From Carpediemonas membranifera BICM (lineage: Eukaryota > Protista > Fornicata), in NCBI GenBank assembly GCA_019828565.1, contig JAHDYR010000005.1:397200-461199 (forward strand): a stretch of DNA of 64,000 nt, in the 5' to 3' direction. Of this stretch, positions 33,772-42,900 are shown piece after piece. A program made the position numbers and the translations under genes. The notes under the pieces were generated by a model that saw only the letters and a list, made by a program, of their open reading frames with translations, did not search any database and was not told the origin of the DNA. The stretch's first letter is position 1. Each line of letters starts with the position of its first letter.

Positions 33772-34638
33772 TTATCTCTTCTTATCCTTCTCTAATAAGG
33801 CTCTGAACGGGGCTACGGACGTGCTGTAGTCCAGGCGAAGCACGTCTTCCACATAACGGATCAATGAGTTCTGGTCAGCCCATGTGCCCTTCGCCGCAAC
33901 AACCGGGATAGGGATACCCATCAGAACCAGGTCAGCCGCGCTCCCGCGGCGCAGACCGTGCAGCCGAGCCTGCGTGGAGATGATGCCCTTCACCTGGTCC
34001 TCAATGACTGAGTAGGGGTGCGACCAGAGAGGGTCTTCGGCCACCGCGCCTGCATCTATCCTATTGACTAGGACCTCAGATAGCCAGTGAGCCGGGTCTA
34101 GCTCCCCGTCGACTCTCGGGACGAGCTTCTCAACGACCACTCGCCGGGTCTTAGTGCCGTGGATGGAGATTCTTAGCCCGCGGCGCGCGCTCTCCGCTCT
34201 AACGTCACCAACATGCAGGGCATAGATCTCTCCTGGCCTGGAGGTCGTGGCGTAGGTGGTCAGTGCAAAGGCGAAAGCCTCCTTCCAAAGGTCGTCGTCT
34301 CGAGACTGAGGGTGGGCAGCCCGAAGCCTGTCAACCAGAGTGTGCGCGCGAATCGGGAGAGCAGGCCCTCTAAGCTTCCCAAGAGCGTTCCTTGCCTGCT
34401 CTTTGATGACTGCGTCGGCGTCCAGCGGTGGTTCCCATGATGACACCCGGCCGAAGAAGCGACGGATTAGGCTCCACTTCGAGGTGATTGTATCCTTGGT
34501 GACCCTCGAGGCTTGGTCCTTGGCCCATGCTCTTATGACTTCGATGCTGCTAGTGTCAGGTGGAAGGGCACCCCAGAAACCCGAGAACTGTTGGAGCACA
34601 CCCGCGACGTGGCGCTTGTCTACGAATCCACTTAACAT
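33772..34638 (-). CDS. Tyrosine recombinase, family B (true start probably upstream)
   Basis: TSRPGE, GTKT, LHGLRRG, GTW and LIRYV give a complete catalytic set. Confidence 0.9.
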   Translation of the reverse strand: MLSGFVDKRHVAGVLQQFSGFWGALPPDTSSIEVIRAWAKDQASRVTKDTITSKWSLIRRFFGRVSSWEPPLDADAVIKEQARNALGKLRGPALPIRAHTLVDRLRAAHPQSRDDDLWKEAFAFALTTYATTSRPGEIYALHVGDVRAESARRGLRISIHGTKTRRVVVEKLVPRVDGELDPAHWLSEVLVNRIDAGAVAEDPLWSHPYSVIEDQVKGIISTQARLHGLRRGSAADLVLMGIPIPVVAAKGTWADQNSLIRYVEDVLRLDYSTSVAPFRALLEKDKKR

Positions 34639-34666
34639 GTCACCCTCGAGGGAGATGGTGAAGATG

Positions 34667-36715
34667 TCACTCCCACAAACAGGGCCGCCAATCGGTATGT
34701 GCCGTCCGCCTGCAGGGGGTGATCGCTGATAGGTCCGCGTCCTCCGCTTTGACTCTGAAGAACATGCGGTGCGGAGTCAGCTCTCTCAGCGCAACTGCCG
34801 TCGGCGATCTGCAGTCGGACACTAGCAGGACGAGGGCACTTGGTAGGGATCTCGGCTGTGTGGTCCTTGCAATGTGGAGGTGGCACAGCTTTGCATATAC
34901 TGCTGATAGGAGCGCGAAGGGTGTCACTGCTAGCCACCTTCCTGTCGACCAGTCCATGTCTATGAACCTGCTGTCGTCGACCGTCGACGGGCTGTGTTCT
35001 ACTCGAGCTCCAAGCCACTCGGAGGGCCAGATCTCTTTCTGCATGGGACCCCACTCGGCTGTGATCCTGTCGATGATCCGACGAGGCGCTGAGAGCGTTT
35101 CGGACCTCGACAATGCGTCGGCTTGGACGTTCAAGTGACCAGAGACGTGAAGGAGCCTTATCCTGATGGCCCTTTCGCTCAGTGTGGGTAGCAGGTCCCG
35201 TATGACTGAGTCTACAAACTGCGGAGCCTTGGTTGAGCCTTGCTTGTTCCACCAGCTGACTGCTGCCACCGAGTCGGAGTAGATGGTGACCTCCGCGTCT
35301 GTCAACGGCTCTGCTAGGATCAGTCTCACTGCTTGTTCCACTGCTCGGAACTCGAGCAATGTGATGTGCTCGTCCACCGGGGCCGGCCTGGTGAAGGTGA
35401 AGGGTTGACGGCCCGGGATTGTGATCACTCCGCCGAGTCCTGAGTGAGAGGCGTCTGTCATCGCTGTGATGTGGAGCGTCGGAGACAGACCCCACAGGTG
35501 AAGCAGCTCTTGGAAGGACCTTATCGGAGATGGCCGTGATAAGCGGCGCTCCCATTGGATCAGTGCTTCTCTCGCTTCGCCGGATATGAGTGTGCGGTAG
35601 CGGTCCTTCAGTTGGGCTCTCTGGAGGGGTCTGATAGCGGCTCGGCCCTCCGGCCAAATGATGGCTGCAAAGCCGAGATTGCCCAACAACCGCTGCATGC
35701 TGTGTGTCGTGGCCCCCGATGCCAAGGCCTCCCTGACTCGTGAGAGGTACTTCTGCCGCTTGCTGTCCTGCAGAGCGATCCCCCGCCGGCCAGAGTCCAT
35801 GACGAAGCCAAGGAAGTCGGTCTGCTGCGTGGGTGAGAGCTGCGATTTCTTCCTGTTGATGACCAGGCCGAGGTTCTCTAGGAGCTGTAGTATGCCGGGC
35901 ATCGCAGCGGTCAGTGTCTTCTTGTCCCCGGACAGGAGCCAGTCGTCGAGATAGATGGTCAAGTTGATGCCTGGGAACATCCGTGCTACGATCTGCGCTG
36001 CTGTCAGCATCACCCTTTGGAAGAAGAATGGCGCTGGGCCCCAGCCGAAGGGTAGGACGTTGAAGGCATAGGGTCTCCCGTCGACCACGAAACCCAGCAG
36101 CGGGCTGTCCGAGGCCCTGACCCCTAACTGGTAGTAGCCCTTGACTAGGTCCAAGCGTGCCATGTAGTCTCCTTCGCGAAGCTGGGCCATCGCTTGCTTG
36201 ACTCCCTTCAGCCGAAAGGTTCGATGTTCCGTTGACACTGCGTTCAATGCCCTTAGGTCGTGGATCAGACGCGTCTCTGGTGGCGTCTTCGGCACAGTGA
36301 AGATAGGTGAGATCAAGCTGGGAGACCGGCATGGGCTTGCCGCGCCCAGGCTCAGGAGGGTTTTCAGGTGGTCGCGGAATGCCTTGCGGTCCTTGGCGCG
36401 AGTTGGTGGTAGGCGCGGATGACGAGGGTGCGCTCTTAGGGATATCGGGACGCCCTCGCGTAGCCACGTAACCACCTCTGATGGCGCGCCCAAGTGCCTC
36501 CATAGGCGCCACTGCCTGTTGATGCAGGGGAATGGTGGAACTGACGGGGGAGGAGGAGGCGTCGGTGACAGGGGAGGAGATTGAGGAGTAGTGGGATTTG
36601 TGGTTGGATGAGGAGTTAGGACCTGTGGACCGGGGCGAGGATCCTTGATGGGTGGTTTCTTTTGACTTAGTTTGAGTTCTTCGTGCCGGCGCGCTTCGGC
36701 TTCTTCCCGTGAAAA
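34667..36715 (-). CDS. Pol (RT-RNaseH-degenerate MT), family B; no own ATG at the N-terminus
   Basis: RLIHDLR, DLVKGYYQ, LPFGW, YLDD, TDAS, YSDS and NVQADALSR. The frame is open from the GGGTTTT site near 36715. Confidence 0.9.
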   Translation of the reverse strand, partial: FSREEAEARRHEELKLSQKKPPIKDPRPGPQVLTPHPTTNPTTPQSPPLSPTPPPPPSVPPFPCINRQWRLWRHLGAPSEVVTWLREGVPISLRAHPRHPRLPPTRAKDRKAFRDHLKTLLSLGAASPCRSPSLISPIFTVPKTPPETRLIHDLRALNAVSTEHRTFRLKGVKQAMAQLREGDYMARLDLVKGYYQLGVRASDSPLLGFVVDGRPYAFNVLPFGWGPAPFFFQRVMLTAAQIVARMFPGINLTIYLDDWLLSGDKKTLTAAMPGILQLLENLGLVINRKKSQLSPTQQTDFLGFVMDSGRRGIALQDSKRQKYLSRVREALASGATTHSMQRLLGNLGFAAIIWPEGRAAIRPLQRAQLKDRYRTLISGEAREALIQWERRLSRPSPIRSFQELLHLWGLSPTLHITAMTDASHSGLGGVITIPGRQPFTFTRPAPVDEHITLLEFRAVEQAVRLILAEPLTDAEVTIYSDSVAAVSWWNKQGSTKAPQFVDSVIRDLLPTLSERAIRIRLLHVSGHLNVQADALSRSETLSAPRRIIDRITAEWGPMQKEIWPSEWLGARVEHSPSTVDDSRFIDMDWSTGRWLAVTPFALLSAVYAKLCHLHIARTTQPRSLPSALVLLVSDCRSPTAVALRELTPHRMFFRVKAEDADLSAITPCRRTAHTDWRPCLWE

Positions 36716-37242
36716 CCCCGGTTGCCGCCGTCATGTCCGCTGCCGGGCTTGGTGTTCTTCTCGGTCAGGCGGGGGATCTTGGACAGGGTGCGGAGGACGA
36801 GAGTCTCGATCTCCGTCTCGTTCATCTCGTGGCGCTCGGCAAGGGCGGCCATGCCCGCGGTGGAGACAGCAGAGGCGGCTAGGTAGCCGTAGCGGTCCTT
36901 CACCCATAGGACTCGGTGACGGAGGAAGATGCGAGCGAGTACGGCGAAGCCACTGATTCGATTGAACTTGAAGCTGCGGTAGATCTCCTCGAGGAACTCC
37001 GCCTCTTCGCGCATAGTGGATGAAGCAGGACGCTTCCAAGTCATGGTGGTCTCTTGCCGAAGCAGATCTACTGTCTCTCGGACGTTGCCGCCGGCAGTAA
37101 ATGCGTCTTGAAGCTGTTGAACGGTGGCTTTGAGCTCTGCGATCTCTTGGGCGGCGTCTCCCATCTGTTTCAGTTCGCTCTTGAACAACTGAACCGCCCT
37201 TATGAGACGCACGATCCCGTCTTTGAGATCGTATCGAATCAT
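36667..37242 (-). CDS. Gag-like ORF1, family B
   Basis: Coiled coil, MREEAEF..IYR, KDRYG and TLSKIPRL shared with family A ORF1. Confidence 0.8.
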   Translation of the reverse strand: MIRYDLKDGIVRLIRAVQLFKSELKQMGDAAQEIAELKATVQQLQDAFTAGGNVRETVDLLRQETTMTWKRPASSTMREEAEFLEEIYRSFKFNRISGFAVLARIFLRHRVLWVKDRYGYLAASAVSTAGMAALAERHEMNETEIETLVLRTLSKIPRLTEKNTKPGSGHDGGNRGFHGKKPKRAGTKNSN

Positions 37243-37287
37243 CCTCGACCTCTCGCGCCGAAGTTTTGGCTCCGCTGGCCTTGCCAA

Positions 37288-37360
37288 GCTTCCATAGCTC
37301 AGTCGGTAGAGCGGCAGACTGTTAATCTGTAGGTCGTTGGTTCGAGCCCAACTGGGAGCG
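37288..37360 (+). tRNA. tRNA-Asn (GTT)
   Basis: Acceptor stem GCTTCCA/TGGGAGC plus G, D arm AGCTCAGTCGGTAGAGC, anticodon loop CTGTTAA and T loop GTTCGAG; 73 nt, no intron. Confidence 0.95.
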
Positions 37361-37394
37361 CAGTATGTTTAAGTTTAGTCTGCCAGGCTTGCTG

Positions 37395-37925
37395 TCCACA
37401 AAGTGTGGCTCTATAACAGAGAGCCCTCCTCTTAAATCCAACCAAAATGGGGGGGCGAGTATTTACTTCGGGTGGCTTCCCCGAGCTCTTATGACAGACC
37501 CGGGTAAATCCTCGTCTCGCGATCCGGTCAGGTCCGAAACGGCTCCGACACCTGCCGATGCGTTTCGAAGTGTGACCTAAAGTGCACATTGATCGGCGCG
37601 CGCAGGTGCCAGTGATGGTCCTGTGACAGGATCCACAAAGTGTGGCTCTATAACAGAGAGCCCTCCTCTTAAATCCAACCAAAATGGGGGGGCGAGTATT
37701 TACTTCGGGTGGCTTCCCCGAGCTCTTATGACAGACCCGGGTAAATCCTCGTCTCGCGATCCGGTCAGGTCCGAAACGGCTCCGACACCTGCCGATGCGT
37801 TTCGAAGTGTGACCTAAAGTGCACATTGATCGGCGCGCGCAGGTGCCAGTGATGGTCCTGTGACAGGATCCACAAAGTGTGGCTCTATAACAGAGAGCCC
37901 TCCTCTTAAATCCAACCAAAATGGG
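37395..37925. repeat. 237-bp tandem repeat (about 2.2 copies): expanded B-A-spacer-B terminal module of family D
   Basis: Same sequence as 42453-42744 with one extra unit. Confidence 0.93.
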
Positions 37926-38911
37926 ACAATCCCGCAAGACGTCCCTGTGGGACTAAAGCTTTGGGCCGGCGAGTCTATCTCGCCTCGACCAGAGTTAAGA
38001 ATTAATGATGAATCCAGGCCGGCGAGTCCGTCTCGCCTCGGCCGTTCCCCTCGAACGCGGATGTTTAATGGAGGGGTGGTTAAAAGTGGGGCCCGAGAAG
38101 GCTGAGGTTCATCCTCCTGGTGAGGTCCTCGTTTGTTCTGATGGCGTCAGCGACATAGCTGCGGAGGGAGGTGACGTCCTTCCATGTGCCCATTGAGAGG
38201 ATCACCTCCAGCGGGACTCCTGATAGAGCCATCTCCGACGCTGCCCCCCTTACGGAAGCTGTGGAGACCCGTCCGTGGACCGAACAACGCCTTCACGACT
38301 CGTCGGAGGTGTGCGGCTGTGAGCGGTTTGTCTCTGCTCAGGCGCCCGTTGACTATGACTCGCCAGATGGGGGTGTCATCAGCCAGGTAGTGTGTGCCCT
38401 CGACCCAGCGTCTAAGTGCCAAGGCCGGGTTGAAGGCGGCTGATAGCCATACGTATGGTACGCGCTTCTTAACTCCCGTTAGGATGGTCTTGGTCCGCTG
38501 AATGTGTAGGAGAATGTCGCCGTTCTTGAGTAGCTCCAGGTCGGCCGGGCATAGGGAGAGTATCTCGATGCCTCTGGACACCGTCAGATAGGCGACTGCC
38601 CCAAAGAGACATGCCTGATATGACTCAAAGTCGTCACTCCGGCGCCCCAGTGCCTCGATCATCTCAGCCTTGGTGATGGCGCGCGAGCCGCCGGTAGTTC
38701 CCGCCGTGCTGGCGCCCTTAGCCGCCTGCTTAACGATGTACTTGGAGTTGGCGGGCGGATGCCAGTCTTTGAGGAACTCCTGTAGCTGAACAATCCAGTA
38801 GCCCTTCCTCGCCACGTTCGATGGCCCGCAGAAGGAGCCTTCGTCCTTGAGGAAGGCTACAAGCTGGTCTCGATCCGACAGGCTGAGATCGCGAGAGCCT
38901 TCGAACCTGGC
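37395..38911 (-). mobile_element. 5'-truncated copy of family D (YR 3' part plus terminal repeats)
   Basis: Near-identical to 42453-43731. Confidence 0.92.
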
Positions 38912-41900
38912 TGTGGTATGGATAGAACAGCTAGCGAAAGAGATTTAATCAATTGCTCTCCCAGCCACTAGCTCCCGTCAGAGATTTAAAGTGGTGGTTG
39001 GAGAAGGATGGAGGCCAGGTGTCCCTGGACCCCCGGGTGTGTGCGGACCCCGTTGCCCATATATCTCAGCATGCTTTTCGTGGAGGCCCACGTCCCCATG
39101 GACAGGAGGACTTCGGTACTCGTGTGGGCTACCGCCAACTCCGTGGTGGCGCCCTTGCGGAATGAGTGCCACGAAATGTCGGTGCCGTACGCCTGGTGGA
39201 TCCAGTGGCGGAGGGTTGACGCCGGTAGCGGCTTCGATAGTGAAATACCACCGGTTGAGGTGATCGCCCGCCAGATGAGGTCGTCGTCGCGGCGCGTTGC
39301 CGTGGGGACCCATGCCTTCAGGGCCCTTGCTGGGTTAAAGCGGGCCCACGATTGGTTTGGTACCAGCTTGCGGACGCCTGTGGCAGTCTTAGTTCTCGCG
39401 AACAGAAGGAGGGCATTGCCATCAGCGTCGAACTCGACGTCTCTTCGTCTGAGCCCAAAGATCTCTGCGCCTCTACTCACGGTGATAAAGCAGAGAGCAG
39501 AAAAAGAGGGCGGCCTGGAAGGCTTGGGGTGACTTCCGACGTCTGTCTATGACCCTGCGGACTCTCGCGGACGTGACAGGCTTCGCACCCCCGGTCAGGC
39601 CTTCTACAGAGGCGACGTTCCGGGCGGCGGCGATTATCTGCTTGGCAGCGATCGGGGGCGCCAGTCAGACACGAGTGGGGCGGCCTCGCAAATCCAGTAG
39701 CCTTTCCTGTGTATCGACTGTGGGCCCGACGTGGTACCCTCGGTCAGAAGGAACTCTTTGAGCTGTTGCGCGTGTGAGTGGCTCGCGTTGCGGGATTGGA
39801 GGAATTTGGCGACCCAGCCCGCTGCTGTGCGGCGCGACGATTCGTTTCTGAAATGTGATAGTCGGTCGTCAGCGAGGAGGGCTTGGAACGGGTTTTCAGG
39901 ATAAGCGCCACGAAGCGGATCTTGCCCTTGTCTGTCGCTGTCCAGGCTAGCTCGGACTGCAGGAGGTGTTTCGCCTGGACTCTGAGGTACAACTTGAGGG
40001 GTGTCAAACGTTTGATGGCTCGGACCTCGGGCGAGTTGAGGTCCGGGCACAGGACTATCGCCGCTGATCTCCAGTGTCGAGGGTTCCCAGTCTGGGTCGA
40101 GGCGCGTATTGTCTGGAGGCGACGACACGTCACTCCAAGAAGGGCTATAGGAGGAGCTATATAAATCCTGACTCCCCTCCAGTCCATCTGGAAGCCGTTG
40201 TCGTGGATTGACCAGGCTATTTCTGCAAAGCCTGGTAAGGCCAGAACCTTGTCGGGGCGTGCTGTGACGTCGATCTCGACCGGCCCCCACTTGCGCATGA
40301 TGGTTTCCAAGACTTCTCGGGGTGACGACCAGTCGAGCTTGGCGAACCTGGAGAGCCTGTCCGCCTGGACATTCAGGTGTCCGGCAATATGGAAGCAGTG
40401 GACGTCGAGGCGCTTGGTTTCTGCCGTGTTGTAGATGTCCTGTAGGATCTGGTGTGCGGCTGGGGGAGGTTCGGCGATCCCCGTCTGTTTACCCAGCTGA
40501 TGGCAGCTGAGTTGTCGGCAAAGACTGTGAGAGAGGAGCGTGACTCCTGCTGGGGCACGAGATTGATCGCCTGAGCGATCGCGAAGAGCTCCTTGACGCC
40601 AATGTGTTCCCCCTTGAGATGAGGGGGGAAGGCACCCTGTGATGCCGCTCCCTTCTCCCCATTGAACAGGCATGCTCCCCAGCCGGACGTTGATGCGTCT
40701 GAGGTGACAGAAATCTGGAGCGTATCGCGTATTTCCCAGTCCGCTCTTGCTTCGGCGAACCTCTTGGGTGGGCGATCGCGGAGGAGGACTTGCCACGCCG
40801 CCAGCTGCCTGCGGATTTGGCTGGAGAGGTGGACGGTCTCCGTCGTAGGGGTGGCCTGCAGTGGTCTGAGTGCGAGGCGGGCGAACTGTGTGGTCCCTGC
40901 GAAGAATGACAGACGGCCTAGGAGCTTCTGCCAGTCTGAAGCTGTGATGGACCCGACCCGGAGGGCCTTGGAGATCGTGGCCGTGTAGGCCTCGGCCTTG
41001 TCTTTTGAGATTCTTAGGGACTCGCTTGCGGTGTCTATGTGGACACCTAGGTAGTCTACCTGCTGGGTCGGCGTGAGGACGCACTTGTTGAGGCCCGGTA
41101 TCGCCCCCAGCGATAGCATGAGGTCGATGATCTGCGGGGTGACCGAAGCTAGGTACGATGGGGAGGCATGGGACACTAAGAAGTCGTCGAGATAGACCGC
41201 GATGGTCACCCCGAACCTGTGTGCGATGATCTTTGCAAGCTGTATGGTCGTGCTCTGGAACACGTACGGCGCCGCTGTCCATCCGAAGCCGAGTGTGTTG
41301 TACCTGAATGCGCGGCCGTCCGGTAGGACCACGCCTAGGAGGGGGGAGTCTCGCGAGGCGACGCCAAGTTGGTGGTATCCCGATGCTAGGTCTATCTTGA
41401 TCATGTAGTCGTTCTTGTGCAGATTGCGGACCGCCCGTCTGATGCCGAACAGACGAAACACCCTCAGCTCTGCTGTCAACTCGTTCAGGGCTCGGAGGTC
41501 GTGCACGGGGCGGACATCGTCTTTGCCCTTCGACACCGCGAACAGGGGTGCGCTGTGACGCAGTTCGTCTATCGGGCACGGGGAGAGGACGCCCTTGGCG
41601 ACTAGCTCTTCGATCTTCGGGAGTAGGCGGGGGTCCACTCGCCTTTGCGGTTCTGGTGGAGGGGGCGCAGAGGTGAGGTGGATAGGGACGCCATCCCGCA
41701 GCCAGCTTACTACCTCGGGGGAGGCACCGAGTCTTGCCCACACCGGCCACTTTTTGTTCATTGACGGGAACTGAACATCTGTGGCAAGGGCTACTTCTTG
41801 TGCTTCTTGTGAAACCCCCCTTTGTTCTGGGGCTGGTCCTTTCTCTTACCCTTGGCTCTGGCTTTGGCTGCGCAGTAGGAGATGGCACGGGGGGTTTTGG

Positions 41901-42452
41901 TCTGGGACGTGTTGAACAAGTCGAGAAACAGTTCGCAGGTTGCGTCCGACCAGTTGTCGTCCTTGAGGTCCAGAAGGGTACGGCGTGCTTGGAGTTCCAC
42001 CAGGAGTCTTGCTTTGAGCGGCTCGTCGTCGAGGGCGTTGACGATCACCATCACGCGGCGAAGCCACTTTGCTTCCGCCTTAAGTGGTCTCTTTGTCGGA
42101 AGCTCGCCGTATGCATCCATCTCTGCCAGTGTTTGGTCAATATCCGCTTCATCTTGTTCAGGGAAGAAATCAATTTGAGATTCCTTCGGCGGCTCGGTCT
42201 CGGGCGGCGGAGGAGGCGGATTAAGCTTTGCAAGCTGTTGCGAGATGGTAGCGATTGAGGCTTCTAGGTTATTGAGCCTCGTTGCCGTCGGATCTGGATG
42301 TTCCGAATTTTCTACCATTCTGCCCGCATAAACTGCGCGGCTCGCCTGGTCGGCGCATCACCATGCCGGAGCGAGGCGATCTCATTGCCCTCCGCTCACG
42401 GCCCGTTACCCGAGGTAACCTGTCAGCGCGATGTAACGCCAAGTCGAGGCTT
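38912..42452 (-). mobile_element. YR retrotransposon family C (several frameshifts)
   Basis: ORF1 41791-42318; pol 39744-41761 (YLDD, SDAS, ADN; frameshift near 40460); YR ending 38986 (SRGAE, RTKT, WHSFRKG, GTW, LRYM). Confidence 0.92.
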
Positions 42453-42900
42453 CACAAAGTGTGGCTCTATAACAGAGAGCCCTCCTCTTAAATCCAACCA
42501 AAATGGGGGGGCGAGTATTTACTTCGGGTGGCTTCCCCGAGCTCTTATGACAGACCCGGGTAAATCCTCGTCTCGCGATCCGGTCAGGTCCGAAACGGCT
42601 CCGACACCTGCCGATGCGTTTCGAAGTGTGACCTAAAGTGCACATTGATCGGCGCGCGCAGGTGCCAGTGATGGTCCTGTGACAGGATCCACAAAGTGTG
42701 GCTCTATAACAGAGAGCCCTCCTCTTAAATCCAACCAAAATGGGACAATCCCGCAAGACGTCCCTGTGGGACTAAAGCTTTGGGCCGGCGAGTCTATCTC
42801 GCCTCGACCAGAGTTAAGAATTAATGATGAATCCAGGCCGGCGAGTCCGTCTCGCCTCGGCCGTTCCCCCTCGAACGCGGATGTTTAATGGAGGGGGTGG

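Larger units (their letters stand above)
33367..37287 (-). mobile_element. YR retrotransposon family B (near-intact)
   Basis: ORF1, pol and YR in order; the 5' end abuts the tRNA gene. Confidence 0.9.

Noticed and set aside
37395-37925. CRISPR array
   Set aside because: Units are 237 bp with identical 'spacers' and match the terminal module of element D; there are no cas genes.
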